Assembly (NCBI GenBank): GCA_963727445.1
Contig: CAVSGI010000027.1
Coordinates: 64,001-128,000, forward strand
Length of the DNA stretch: 64,000 bases
DNA from: an uncultured delta proteobacterium
Lineage (GTDB): Bacteria; Myxococcota_A; Polyangia; Polyangiales; B10-G4
Direction: 5' to 3'
The translations under genes were made by a program, and so were the position numbers. The first letter of the stretch is position 1, and each line of letters begins with the position of its first letter. Shown here piece by piece: positions 53,444 to 64,000 of the stretch. A model generated the notes under the pieces. The model worked only from the letters and a program-made list of their open reading frames with translations, was not told the origin of the DNA and ran no database searches.

Positions 53444-55683
53444 TCCTCGTAGCGCTCCTGGAGCAGCTCGCCCAGAGCTTCTCGCGCGCTCTCTTCGTTG
53501 TAGCCGTAGCGAGCCACGAGGGCTGCGAGCGTGGCCTCGGCGGCTTTGCGCCGCTCGGGCTCGAGCCCGGCCTTCCGGTCGTCCTCTTCGTCGATGATCG
53601 CGAGGACGTCCTTGGCGATGGCGCCGACCTGCTTCTTTCGCTCGCCGTAGTACGCCTCGCGCAGCTTCTGGATGTAGGAGGGGAAGAGCCGCTGGTAGTC
53701 GACCTTGGCGCCCGGGTTGTCGATGGCGTGACCGGCGACCGCGCTGATCAGGTTCTTGCGGAAGCCCTCGTTGTCGGCGTCGACGCCGAGCTTGTCCTCG
53801 ATGGACTTCATCAGGTCCTCGTCGGGATCGACGTGCCTGCCGGTGTGGGTGTCGTAGACCTTCTCCTTCTTCACCCAATAGGAGACGTGGGTCACATAGC
53901 GGTTGAAGAGGTCCTGATACTGCGTCTCCTCGATCAGTCCGGTGCAGGAGCGCAGCTCGTCGTCGGCGCGATCGAGCCATCGGCCGTGCACCTGTTCCAC
54001 GAACTCCTTGTGGTCCATGTACCCCCGCTCGGGGCTCTGCTTCAGGAAGTCGTAATCGGTTCGCGCGCAGAACGCCTCGAGACGATCGATCACGCCGAGG
54101 GGTGAGAGGATCTTGCGGTCGGGATCGTCCGCCGCTTCGAGGAGGATGGTGCGGATCTCCCGCGGCGATGCGCCGGTGAGCCCTTCGTAGACCGACTCCG
54201 TGTCCCACTCGGAGACGATGCGGCGAACGCCGCTCCCGAGCTCGCGGGATTCCTCCGAGGAGAGCCGCCGCGGGATGGTCCCGTGCGCGTAGAGGTCCGC
54301 CTTCTCCAGCGGGGTCAGATCCGCCGCGATGCGCCCGAGGGTGGAGCTCTCGAAATGCTCGGGCTGTGAGCGCCTGAGCCGGGTGAGCACCGACCAGAGG
54401 GCGGCCACGTAGATCGCGTGGGGCGCGACGTGACGCCGCACCTGCGGCTTGATCTGGGCGTCGTAGATCTCCTGCTCGTCGACGTAGCTCAGGAGGTAGG
54501 GCACACGCACCGGCTGGAGCCGACCGCGGAAGGAGTTGTACTCGTGGTGCTCGCGGAAGGCGTGCAGGTGCACCTCGTTCGAGCTGGCGACGAGCACCGC
54601 GTTGAGCGGCAGGTTGCTCATCGGGAGCGCGACCTCGCCGTCCTCGATGGCGAGCAGGAGGTACCTCCAGGCGTCGAGTGGGCGCTTGAGCAGGTCGCAG
54701 TACTCGACGATGCCGCCGGAGGCGTCCACGAGCTCGCCGTACGGGCTCGAAGAGCGTGAGGGAGCTGAGGCTCGCGGGCAGCGCGTTCAGCGTACGGTCG
54801 GCCGTGATCTGACGCTCGTACGCGTCCACCGCCATCTCGCGGGCCGATGGTGACCGCGCCGACGCGGTAGCGCCGCGAGACGTAGTAGCGCTCCACCTGC
54901 ACGTGGGCGAGGACCTTGCCGAGGTCGCCGCGATAGGCGGTCAGGAGCGCCTCGAAGATCTGCTGGTTCTTGTGGCCGAGCTGGCCATTCCGAGATCCAG
55001 TCGGGCACACCCTCGTCGACGCCGCCCTTCTCGTATGCCTCGCGCACCATGAGGCGGCGCTCGTCACGGGGCAGGAGCAGGAGCGGATGCTCGCGCAGCT
55101 CGCTCGGGAGCTTCACGTCGATGTTGGCGTCCGGCAGGTGCGCGAAGGAGCGTCCGGGCACCGGCACCTCGTCGCTCGAGCCGAAGCCGATGGTCTTGCC
55201 GTCTCGGCCGCGGGGAAACACCCAGCTGAAGCGATAGAGCGCGCCCTCGTCGAGGGTCGAGTAGTGCTCGAGCGCCGCCATCAGGCTGTGGACGAAGGTG
55301 GTCTTCGCGCTGCCGTTAGGCCCGTGAAGGAGCACCAGCCTGTTGGCGCGCCCTTCGCGGACGAAGTTCGACAGCACCCGATAGAAGCTCTCCTGCAGCG
55401 CTTCCTGACCCACGAGGCGATCCGAGCGCTCGCGCTCGAAGGACTCGGCGAAGACCTGGTCGAAGAGGCGGTAGCGACGCACCGGCCCCCAGGGCCGCTG
55501 CACCGCGTAGTGGCCATAGTGATCGAACGCGCCTCGCAGGTAGCGCGCCGCGTCGCGGGTGTGGCGGCCGGGATGTTCGAGGACGAGGTCCAGATACTCC
55601 TCGAAGCCCAGGACGCGCTTCTGTGCCTCGAAGCGCCCTTGGACCGCATCGGCGATGCGGGTGAGGTCGTCGCGAACCGTCAC
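53440..55683 (-). CDS. PrkA/YeaG-family AAA+ serine kinase, at least 3 frameshifts (about 54987, 54838, 54745)
   Basis: LLHGPNGSAKT, EHPLLLLP, GIVEYCDLLKRP, GASPRE, YGY..ESA; pieces lie in different frames. Confidence 0.85.
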
Positions 55684-55684
55684 C

Positions 55685-56221
55685 TCACTGCACCGGGAGG
55701 TTGACCGCCAGGGTTCGCTCTTCCGGAATGCAGTTCTCGTCGGTGCAGACCGCGAAGGACACGTCGCAGACCACCGTGTACTCACCGGCCGCCGACGCGG
55801 TGAAGGGGACGTCGAAGCGCGCGCTCTGTCGCTCCCACTCGGCGGCGTCGCCCTTCTCGAGCTCGCTCTTCGGGAACTCCACGTTCTCGACCTGTCGCAC
55901 CGTGACCATCGTCGGGTACTCGTCGTTCATGTGGAACTCGCCCTTGGGGCGGATCTGAATCGCGAACTGACCGAGCTCCCCGTTGGTGTAGCTCTCGGCC
56001 GCGGTCGCGCGGAGCTCGAAGTTCGCTTCGTCGACGAGGGGACCCGGCGCCTCTTCTTCGGCCTCGGGCGGCGCCTCCTGCTCGGTTTCGGCGACCTCGG
56101 GGGTCTGTGCGGGCTGCTCCGTCTCCGGCGCGGCGGTCGTCTCTCCCTCTCCGTCGTCGTCACAACCCCCGAGCAGACTGAGGGCGAAGAGCGCGGCCAT
56201 GAGCGTGCGGAACGATGTCAT
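55685..56221 (-). CDS. Hypothetical lipoprotein (DsbD-N-like Ig fold possible)
   Basis: GGAGG RBS; lipobox LGGC; FHMNDEYP, FAVCTDENC. Confidence 0.72.
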   Translation of the reverse strand: MTSFRTLMAALFALSLLGGCDDDGEGETTAAPETEQPAQTPEVAETEQEAPPEAEEEAPGPLVDEANFELRATAAESYTNGELGQFAIQIRPKGEFHMNDEYPTMVTVRQVENVEFPKSELEKGDAAEWERQSARFDVPFTASAAGEYTVVCDVSFAVCTDENCIPEERTLAVNLPVQ

Positions 56222-56343
56222 CTGAGTCCTCCGGGCAGAACCATCGCAGGCGCCACGAGGATTCGAAACGACAAAACGCGACGCCTTTGGTGCAGGGCCC
56301 CTGGCCCCGCCGTCGTGTATGGTCCTCTCGATGTGGCGTTTCG

Positions 56344-56731
56344 GCAATTGAAGAGAAGCGGCGACGAAGCGGAGCGCCCCCGGCGCTCGGGCTCTGCCCG
56401 AGCAAAGGGCGCGCGCAGCGTAGGCGCCGCGGGAGTGCTCCGCAATTGAAGAGAAGCGGCGACGAAGCGGAGCGCCCCCGGCGCTCGGGCTCTGCCCGAG
56501 CAAAGGGCGCGCGCAGCGTAGGCGCCGCGGGAGTGCTCCGCAATTGAAGAGAAGCGGCGACGAAGCGGAGCGCCCCCGGCGCTCGGGCTCTGCCCGAGCA
56601 AAGGGCGCGCGCAGCGTAGGCGCCGCGGGAGTGCTCCGCAATTGAAGAGAAGCGGCGACGAAGCGGAGCGCCCCCGGCGCTCGGGCTCTGCCCGAGCAAA
56701 GGGCGCGCGCAGCGTAGGCGCCGCGGGAGTG
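56344..56731. repeat. Tandem array of nearly 4 identical 98-bp self-complementary units
   Basis: Units start at 56344, 56442, 56540, 56638; each contains the gctcgggc-tct-gcccgagc hairpin. Confidence 0.95.
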
Positions 56732-57392
56732 ATTGCCCTGATAGCCGGGTTGCTCTGGCCCGCGGCGGGTTGCGGGGCCCCCCTGCCTTGCACGTCGAGC
56801 GCCCTGTGCTCCCGAGGGGAGGTCTGCAGCGCCGCCGGCGCCTGCGCGCCCCTCGACCCGAACGCCGGACGCTTCTCGCGCTCCATTTGGCTCTCGCCGA
56901 GCGACTGGGGCGGCACCGCGCGGCGGAGGGCGGGAGAGGCGGCGCGGACGCGGGACACGGATCTGCTCCTGCTCGGCGGCCCCCGAGATTCGGGAGTTCC
57001 ACCTGGCCTTCGGCCCACTCCCCGACGACGGCACCATCTCCAAGGCCGTTCTGGTGCTGGCGCCTCATCAGACCTGGACCCCGCCGGCGGAAGGCGCCGA
57101 CCTCTCGGTGTTCATGACGCGCCCCTTCCGCGGCGTCCGGCTCGATCGCCGCGACGCACCGCGTCGTGCACCCTTCCCCGACGCACGGGCGGCCCTCGCG
57201 CCAGGAGCCACCCACGTGCTTCGCGTGGATCTCACGGACGAGGTAGCCGCTCGACGTACACGTGGCGCCACGTGGGTCTTCGTGGCGATCGCCGGTGCCG
57301 GGCGCGGATCCGACGCTCCCGCCCTGCGTTTTGCGTCCCCACGGAGCCTCCGCGCCGAAGATCGGCCCCGGCTCGAGCTGAACGTGCGCTGA
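56729..57392 (+). CDS. Putative lipoprotein, Cys-rich N-terminus plus DNRLRE-like domain; frameshift near 56991
   Basis: LLWPAAGC; C..S..C...EVC....C; second frame FHLAFGPLP...ISKAVLVL...PRLELNVR. Confidence 0.55.
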
Positions 57393-57456
57393 TCGCTCGA
57401 TCGACCGCCACTCCCCTTGCAAAAATAGGCGAATTTGCCGCACTCTAGGGTGCCCC

Positions 57457-58788
57457 ATGCGTCGGACGAAGCGGCTCGGGCGCTACCATCTCACGGAGCG
57501 CATCGCCTACGGCGGAATGGCCGAAATCTTCCGGGGTTTCACCTACGACGATGACGGCTTCCGCCGCGACGTCGCGATCAAGAAGCTGCTGCCTCACTAC
57601 GTCGAGGACAAGAGCTTCATCGACATGCTCACCGACGAGTTCAAGCTCGTCAGCCATCTCAAGCATCCCAACATCGCAGAGGTCTACGAGCTCACCGAGA
57701 TCGAGGACACCCTCCTCATCGCGATGGAGTACGTCGACGGCAAGGACCTTCGCTCCGCGGTGGAGAAGGCGCGCCAGCGCGGCGTGAGCCTGCAGTTCGA
57801 CGACATCGCCTACATCCTCGCGCGCGCCCTCGACGGAATGCACCACGCCCACGTCGCCCGGGACGAGCACAATCAACCGCTGCGCATCGTCCACCGCGAC
57901 TTCAGCCCTTCGAACATTCTCGTCGCCTACGACGGCACCGTGAAGATCTGTGACTTCGGCATCGCGAAGGCGACGCACAACCGCGTGCAGACGAAGACAG
58001 GCATCATCAAGGGCAAGGTCAAGTACATGTCGCCGGAGCAGGCCTTCGGCCGCAAGCTCGACTGGCGCAGCGACATCTTCAGCGCGGGCAGCGTGCTCTA
58101 CGAGCTCGCGACCGGCGCCGCGCCCTTCAGCGCCGCCAACGAGATCGACCTGATCTTCGCCGTGCGCGACGCGGAGCCCAAGCCGGCCGGGCACGTCAAT
58201 CGCCACATCCCTCCCGAGCTCCAGCAGATCATCGAGAAGTCGATGACCCGCTCGCGCTCCGGGCGCTATCAGACGTCGATGGAGTTCCGCGACGCCCTGC
58301 TCGGCTTCTTGCGTCGCTACAACCCCAAGTACCGCCGCACCAAGCTGGCGCGCTTCCTGAAGAAGCTCTGGGCCGAAGAGATCGAAAAGGAGCTCCGCGC
58401 GATGGAGGACTTCGTCCTCGACGCATCGCCGGCGCAGGACCTCGGCAAGAACCTCATCGCCGACGCACTCGGTCCGGACGCCACCTACTCGAAGTTCAGC
58501 CCGAATCCGACGAGCACCGTCGACCCCGACCGCGCCGTCTCCGGCATCAGCGGCATCGAGTCGGAACAGACCATCGACGACCCGGTGCACGCCGCCAAGA
58601 CCGAGATGATCGCCAGCCCTCAAGCCGACAAGCGTCGCGCGACCCAGCCGGTGCGCCAGGCGCGTGGCAAGCGCTCGGTCGACCCCATCCACAACGAGAA
58701 GACGGCGCTCACCGACACCAGCGAGGATCTCGCCGGCGAGAAGACCACCGTCGAGACACCGCCCAAGGGCCACTCCGTCAACGAGTGA
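57457..58788 (+). CDS. Hanks-type Ser/Thr protein kinase, cytoplasmic
   Basis: GGMAEIF, VAIKK, HRDFSPSN, DFGIAK, YMSPEQ, SDIFS. Confidence 0.96.
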   Translation: MRRTKRLGRYHLTERIAYGGMAEIFRGFTYDDDGFRRDVAIKKLLPHYVEDKSFIDMLTDEFKLVSHLKHPNIAEVYELTEIEDTLLIAMEYVDGKDLRSAVEKARQRGVSLQFDDIAYILARALDGMHHAHVARDEHNQPLRIVHRDFSPSNILVAYDGTVKICDFGIAKATHNRVQTKTGIIKGKVKYMSPEQAFGRKLDWRSDIFSAGSVLYELATGAAPFSAANEIDLIFAVRDAEPKPAGHVNRHIPPELQQIIEKSMTRSRSGRYQTSMEFRDALLGFLRRYNPKYRRTKLARFLKKLWAEEIEKELRAMEDFVLDASPAQDLGKNLIADALGPDATYSKFSPNPTSTVDPDRAVSGISGIESEQTIDDPVHAAKTEMIASPQADKRRATQPVRQARGKRSVDPIHNEKTALTDTSEDLAGEKTTVETPPKGHSVNE

Positions 58789-58821
58789 TCCAGAGCGCCG
58801 AAGCGCGCGCGGCTCTCGGCT

Positions 58822-59410
58822 CTACTCTTCGTCCGCTTCGTGAATGACCGTGGTCGTACGCTGGTTGCGCTGACGCGGGACCTCACGGCGCCGCTCGAGG
58901 AGATACTCGACCCGGCTGAGCACGGGCTGGGACGCGGGGGCGAGGTGCCAGTGCGGAAGGACGCTTCCGTCCTCGGCCTGGTACCACTTCAAGAAAGCGA
59001 TCAGCTCCGTGTCGAGGATCTGCCGGCTGTTGCCTTCGACGGTGCTGAAGCCCTCTTCGTTCTGGCTCACCTTGAGCTCGATCTCGTCGGGGACCTCGCC
59101 CAACAGGGTCCGGCTCGGCTCGGCGATGAGCCTCAGGGTGGTCTGGCGATTCGGATCGGTATCGGTGCGGACGGTCTGGATGGAGACCACCGCGATCACA
59201 TCGGACCAGCTCACCCGCTGGTCGAGCTCGCGGGACCAATCCTCACGCCAGCGCCCTTCGAGGCCTTCCGGATCGGCGACCAGAATCGATCCCGTCCTCG
59301 AACACCGCTGCATGTTCGGCGGTGAAGGGGGTGACCTGGACTTCCACTTCCTGGGCGCCGCCCCCGCAGGAGGCCATCACGACGAGCAGCGACGAAAACG
59401 AGAGGCGCAT
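58822..59410 (-). CDS. Hypothetical lipoprotein, 1-nt insertion near 59285
   Basis: MRLSFSSLLVVMASC...FEDGID joins LVADPEGL... when one T is removed; length is 3n+1. Confidence 0.68.
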
Positions 59411-59479
59411 GGGACCGCGCACCTTAGCCTCCGGGGGAGGCCGTGTCGATCGCCTCCGAGAACGCTGGAGGGGACCCCA

Positions 59480-60451
59480 CTACGATCCCGCCGACAACGA
59501 CGCCCAGAGCTTCTCGAGATCGGAGGAAAGCGGCGCGCGCACCGTGAAAGGCTCGTCCTTCAGCGGATGGGTCAGCGTGACCTGGTGGGCGTGGAGGGCC
59601 TGCCGGTCGTGCCCAAGCCGCGAGAGGAGGGCCTCGGTCATCCCGGTGTCGATGAAGTCGAGGAAGGGCTGCTCGCGCTCCGGCCCGTAGAGCTTGTCAC
59701 CGACGATGGGGTGGCCGATCTCCGAAAGGTGAACCCGCAGCTGATGCTGGCGACCGGTCTCCGGATGTAGCGACAAGAGCGTGTGCTTCGCCGCCCGCTC
59801 GAGCACGGTCCAGGCGGTGCGCGCCGGCGGGCCGCCCGGACGCACCTCCATCATCACGTGAAGCCCCTCCTCTACCGGCGCGAGGGGCAGCTCGATCCGC
59901 CCCTCGTCCTCCGCCATCACCCCGCGCACGATCGCCAGATAGGTCTTGTCGACCGCGCGATCCTCGAAGGCCCGCTTGAGCCCCCGCTCCGCGTCCAGAT
60001 GCTTGCCGCAGATCACCACCCCGCTCGTCTCGCGATCGAGGCGATGCGCGATGTGCGGTGGGCTGTCGCCGTAGCGCTCCCTGAGCAGGTAGGTGAGCGT
60101 GTGCCGATGGTAAGTGGCCGTCGGGTGCATCGGCAGCCCCGCCGGCTTGTCGACCCCGAGGACGTCCTCGTCCTCGAAGACGACCCCGAAATAGAGCGGC
60201 GTCGGTGGCTCCTCGAACTTGGGGCGCACCAGGATCACCGTCTCGCCCGTACGGGTTCGCTCGCTCGGGCGGCGCTTCCGACCGTCCGGATGGAAGCAGC
60301 ACGAGCGCACGATCTCGTTCGCGCGGGTGCGGGAGAGCCGGGAGATGCGGTTCTGGATGAAGCGATCGAGGCGCAGCCCGACGAGCTCCCGCGGGACCGG
60401 GAAGGTCAGCACGATCCCGTCGGGATCAGAGCCCGGCGGACGCGCGACCAC
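59480..60451 (-). CDS. RluA-family pseudouridine synthase with S4-like N-terminus (RluD-like)
   Basis: RLDRFI, VDKPAGL, HRLDRETSG, TGRQHQLRVH, GHPIVGDKLYG, QALHA. Confidence 0.93.
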   Translation of the reverse strand: MVARPPGSDPDGIVLTFPVPRELVGLRLDRFIQNRISRLSRTRANEIVRSCCFHPDGRKRRPSERTRTGETVILVRPKFEEPPTPLYFGVVFEDEDVLGVDKPAGLPMHPTATYHRHTLTYLLRERYGDSPPHIAHRLDRETSGVVICGKHLDAERGLKRAFEDRAVDKTYLAIVRGVMAEDEGRIELPLAPVEEGLHVMMEVRPGGPPARTAWTVLERAAKHTLLSLHPETGRQHQLRVHLSEIGHPIVGDKLYGPEREQPFLDFIDTGMTEALLSRLGHDRQALHAHQVTLTHPLKDEPFTVRAPLSSDLEKLWASLSAGS

Positions 60452-60513
60452 CGAATCTAGCGAAGCCGTTTGGATGCGTCAGCCGCCGAGCGGGCGTGAC
60501 CGAGCAGCATCGA

Positions 60514-60705
60514 TCAGGCGGCCTTTTCGACCTTGCCCGAGCGGATGCAGCGGGTGCAGGCCTTGATGCGCTTCACCTTGCCGTCGATTTTGGCGCGGAC
60601 GGACTGAAGGTTGGGCTCCTGCCACTTGCGCGTCTTGATGTTGGAGTGGCTGACCTTGTGAGCCTTCTGCCGGCTCTTGCCACACAGGTCGCAGCGATAT
60701 GCCAT
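60514..60705 (-). CDS. rpmB: 50S ribosomal protein L28 (zinc-binding type)
   Basis: [10 protein letters not shown]...[17 protein letters not shown]...[15 protein letters not shown]. Confidence 0.97.
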   Translation of the reverse strand: MAYRCDLCGKSRQKAHKVSHSNIKTRKWQEPNLQSVRAKIDGKVKRIKACTRCIRSGKVEKAA

Positions 60706-60767
60706 GATTTTCCTCGCCCCACGATGGGGGTCGTGCGTGTAGCACTGCCCGCCAGGGACCGCAAGAC

Positions 60768-63700
60768 GTGGCCGAAAACGAGGAAAATCCAGGAGGGGAT
60801 GCCCCCTCCCCCCAGCCCTCGCCCCCCTCCCGTCGGCCCCCCCCGATACTGGTGCTGGGCTGGCTGCTCGCCGGCATCGGGTTCCTGCTCCTCGCCTACG
60901 CCCTGAGAGGCGACGGGAGCCCGGGCGGTCCGGACGGCGGCGTTCAGCATCCGGACGCCGCGCGGGTCCCGACCGGCACCGCCCGCCTGGTGGTGACTGT
61001 GGAGGACGATTCGGGTGAGACCCTCGAAGGGGCGACGGTGACCCTCGAGATGCGCTTCGATGATGGGGCACCCCTCGTGCGGGAGGTTCGCACCGACGCC
61101 CACGGCCTCACCGAGCTCCGGGGCCTGCCAGAAGGAGACGCCGACGTCTTCGCGATCGCCCCCGGCCGGGCCCGCGGCCACATCCGCGTGAGGGTGCAGG
61201 GGCGCGAGGCGCGCGCCCAGCTCTCCCTGGTGGAAGGCCAGACCGTTCGCGGCGAGGTGGTGGACGAGGTCGGCGAGCCGGTGACTCAGGCGGCGATCGA
61301 GGCGACCTCGGTGGCCGACGAGACCGCGCCTCCCTGGAAAGCCCTGACCGACGACCAGGGTGTGTTCGTTCTCGACCATCTGCAGAAAGGGGCCCAGCGC
61401 ATCCTCGTCCGGGCCGAGGGGTACGACGAGATCGCCCGACGGGTCGCGCCCTTCGAGGTCGAGGCCCGGGACGGCGAAGAGCCGCCAACGCTGCGCATCG
61501 TCCTTCACCACACCGGCATGATCTCGGGTCACGTCACGGGCAGCGACGGCGGGCCCGGCGACCGCACGCGCATCGTGCTGGTGGGGAGCGGGGTCTGGCC
61601 CGCGCGCAGCGCCGAAGCCGACAGCGAGGGCCACTACCAGTTCGAAGGGGTGCCCGAAGGGATCTACGAGATCAGCGCGCGGCGGGACACCGAGGTCGCG
61701 GCGCCACGGGAGGGGTTGATCCTCGAGCCCGGCGAATCCCTCGAGGTGGATCTCGCGCTCGAGCCGGGCCTCGCGCTCAGCGGCGTCCTTCTCTCCGCCG
61801 AGGACGCGACGCCCATCGCTGGCGCCGATGTCGTCATCGGCGAGCAGACGCTCTCGTTCACGCCCCGCGCCACCACCACCGACGAGGAGGGGCGCTTCTC
61901 CTTCGAGGGCCTCCGGGCCATGACGCATCGCCTCGACATCCACGCCCCAGGCTGGGTCTCGATGGGCAACCACACGGCGGAGCCCGGCGGCGAGCCCCTG
62001 CGGATCCTCCTCGCCAAAGAAGCGATCGTGTCAGGTGTGGTCGTCGACGCCCTGGATCATCCGGTCGCCGGCGCCGAGATCGAGCTGGTCGGCACCGCCG
62101 ACGACGGAACGCCGGTGGCCCTGAGCGGCGCCGACGCGAGCTTCCAGGCGGCGCTGATCGCGGCCCAGGTGCGAGGACCCACGCCGGTGGACCCCGCCGG
62201 CGACCTCGGCGTGACCCTCGGCGCCGTGCCTCCGATCCCCATCGGCCCCGGTCTCGTCCCAGGAGGGCCGTCGCCGAGCGCCCTTTCCCCGGGCGAGACG
62301 ACGGAGGCTGGAGATACGGAGCCGGAGCCGCTCGCGGAAGATTCGGCCGCGCTCATGGGCTTCTCCACCGACGCCGAGGGGCGCTTCGAGATCCACGGCA
62401 TCCCCGCGGGTCGCTACCAGGTGGTGGGGCGCCACCCGGCCCACGCCCCGGGCATCGGCGAGCCTTTCGTGATCCACACGGGAGAGCATCGCGAGGACGA
62501 GCGCCTGGTCCTACCGGCCGGCGCGACCATCGACGGGCGTGTCGTGGACGGACGCGGCTTCCCCGTCGCCCAGGTGCGCGTGGAGATGCACTGCGAGCGC
62601 GAGCCCTTCCCGCGATGGGCGCTCTCGGCCGACGACGGCACCTTCGGCTTCGAGGGGGCCCTCGACACCTGCGTCTTCAGCGCCTATCCGGCGGCGCAGC
62701 CCGCGGCCCGCAAGACCCTCACCATCGAAGGCGGCGACGCGGTGCCCGTGGAGCTCGCGCTCAGCGACGAGGTCGACACCTTCCGAGGTCGCGTGATGGA
62801 CGAAGACGGCTTCCCCATCGCTGGCGCCCGGGTCAGCCTCCGCTCGCTGCGGCCCGACGCGCCCGCACGCCGCACCGCCTTCAGCAACGACGATGGCACC
62901 ATCGAGATCGGCGGCATGCCCGCGCCGCCCTGGCGCGCCGAGGTGGATCAGGAAGGCTACGCGCTCGAGGTCTTCCGGCGCATCGATGACGCCGAGGGCG
63001 AGCATCGGCTGACGCTTCATCCCGCCGCCACCGTCATCGGGCGCGTCGTCGACGGATGGGACGACACGCCGGTGATCGGTGCGAAGGTCTCGCTCCTTCG
63101 CGGCGGGACCACGGCCTTCGAAACCGTGAGCGACGATACGGGGACCTTCGAGATTCCCCGCGTAGCTGCCGGTGATTACACGGCTCTCGTCGAGGCCTCG
63201 GGGCTCTTGTCACATCGGGCGCCGGTCAGCCTTCGCGCGACGCGCCAGGGTCTCGAGGACCTCGACCTCGGCGACATCTCCCTCGAGGCCGGAGGCGGCA
63301 TCCAGGGGGTGGTGGTCGATGCGCTCTCGAGCCCCATCGGCGGCGCGCGGGTGGTGGCGGGGCCGGCGGGCGATCCCCTCGCCGAGGCGCGCAGTGACGA
63401 CGCTGGCGCCTTCGCCCTCGATGGCCTGCCCCCGGGCGACATTCCGGTCGTCGCCAGCCACCCCGGCGCCGGCACCTCGGAGCCGCTCACGGTGCGCGTG
63501 CGCGCTCGGGAGGTGATCCCTGGCGCGGTGCTCCGGCTCCCCGACCGCTTCGACGCCGAACGCGCCGAGAGCGCTGGGGGCGGACGCCGGACGGGGGTTC
63601 AGCTCGTCCTCGGACGCCGGGGGGGCTCCACGGTGATCCGTCGGGTGCCTGCGGATGGGGCGGCGGCGGCGGCGGGCCTCGCGCGCGGGGACGTGATCAC

Positions 63701-63845
63701 CAGCATCGACGACGAGGCCGTGACGTCGCCGTCGCAGGCAGATGTTCTGCTCCGAGGCCCTGCGGGGACCGAGGTCCTGGTGACCGTCGAGAGGCGCGGC
63801 CAGAGGTCGATCATCGCCGTCGAGCGCGAGAGCTACGAAGAGTGA
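60768..63845 (+). CDS. Membrane-anchored protein with repeated carboxypeptidase-regulatory-like (CnaB/SdrD-B-like) domains and C-terminal PDZ
   Basis: One N-terminal TM; repeated G.VVD..G.P..GA.V...[17 protein letters not shown]...LRGPAGTEV. Confidence 0.85.
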   Translation: MAENEENPGGDAPSPQPSPPSRRPPPILVLGWLLAGIGFLLLAYALRGDGSPGGPDGGVQHPDAARVPTGTARLVVTVEDDSGETLEGATVTLEMRFDDGAPLVREVRTDAHGLTELRGLPEGDADVFAIAPGRARGHIRVRVQGREARAQLSLVEGQTVRGEVVDEVGEPVTQAAIEATSVADETAPPWKALTDDQGVFVLDHLQKGAQRILVRAEGYDEIARRVAPFEVEARDGEEPPTLRIVLHHTGMISGHVTGSDGGPGDRTRIVLVGSGVWPARSAEADSEGHYQFEGVPEGIYEISARRDTEVAAPREGLILEPGESLEVDLALEPGLALSGVLLSAEDATPIAGADVVIGEQTLSFTPRATTTDEEGRFSFEGLRAMTHRLDIHAPGWVSMGNHTAEPGGEPLRILLAKEAIVSGVVVDALDHPVAGAEIELVGTADDGTPVALSGADASFQAALIAAQVRGPTPVDPAGDLGVTLGAVPPIPIGPGLVPGGPSPSALSPGETTEAGDTEPEPLAEDSAALMGFSTDAEGRFEIHGIPAGRYQVVGRHPAHAPGIGEPFVIHTGEHREDERLVLPAGATIDGRVVDGRGFPVAQVRVEMHCEREPFPRWALSADDGTFGFEGALDTCVFSAYPAAQPAARKTLTIEGGDAVPVELALSDEVDTFRGRVMDEDGFPIAGARVSLRSLRPDAPARRTAFSNDDGTIEIGGMPAPPWRAEVDQEGYALEVFRRIDDAEGEHRLTLHPAATVIGRVVDGWDDTPVIGAKVSLLRGGTTAFETVSDDTGTFEIPRVAAGDYTALVEASGLLSHRAPVSLRATRQGLEDLDLGDISLEAGGGIQGVVVDALSSPIGGARVVAGPAGDPLAEARSDDAGAFALDGLPPGDIPVVASHPGAGTSEPLTVRVRAREVIPGAVLRLPDRFDAERAESAGGGRRTGVQLVLGRRGGSTVIRRVPADGAAAAAGLARGDVITSIDDEAVTSPSQADVLLRGPAGTEVLVTVERRGQRSIIAVERESYEE

Positions 63846-63854
63846 ACGCCCGGC

Positions 63855-64000
63855 TCAGGTCTTCCAGCGACTGCCGAAGGCCTTGAGCAGCCCGACGATC
63901 GCTTTGAGCCGCGCGACCACGCTACCGCCGCCGCGGATCACCGCCATGTTGCGGCCGATGGCGGCGAGCCCGTCGGTGTACGGGTGCCACCACATCTCCT
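63855..64000 (-). CDS. 3' end of a gene entering from the right edge, possibly an aldehyde dehydrogenase
   Basis: EMWWHPYTDG...AFGSRWKT-stop; the WWxPY tail resembles some ALDH C-termini. Confidence 0.45.
   Translation of the reverse strand, partial: EMWWHPYTDGLAAIGRNMAVIRGGGSVVARLKAIVGLLKAFGSRWKT

Noticed and set aside
54740..54995. Programmed frameshifting in the PrkA-family gene
   Set aside because: Three shifts within 250 nt with no slippery heptamer; fits local sequencing error
56344..56731. CRISPR or other guide-RNA array
   Set aside because: Units are identical end to end, with no variable spacers and no cas-like gene in the window
55685..57458. Long ORFs crossing the 98-bp array
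   Set aside because: The period is not a multiple of 3, translations cycle through frames, and the real lipoprotein start with an RBS is at 56221

Overview
Very GC-rich bacterial chromosomal segment. The gene repertoire (DUF4388-DnaJ, many lipoproteins with DAG-type linkers, Ser/Thr kinase, PrkA, AgmX/PglI-like domain) points to Myxococcota, probably Polyangiales/Sandaracinaceae-like; this is inference. About 55 genes are supportable. Housekeeping genes include cobA-hemD, clpS-clpA, aat, moeB, pdxJ, nnr, an RluA-family enzyme and rpmB, mixed with many secreted or lipoprotein genes. No rRNA, tRNA, CRISPR, phage or transposase was seen. At least 8 genes are broken by small indels, most likely uncorrected long-read errors. 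Best leads: (1) a translationally coupled cohesin-like lipoprotein plus dockerin-tailed M1 zinc peptidase, a possible minimal cellulosome-like tether for a protease; (2) a four-copy identical 98-bp structured tandem array; (3) a REP-like 31-bp element set inside a 318-bp tandem duplication; (4) proteins with eukaryote-like modules (BPI/LBP-like, TFIIB-like, LITAF-like, TMTC-like); (5) a recurring -10 box 6-10 nt before start codons, suggesting widespread leaderless mRNA. All domain calls are by motif recognition, not database search.
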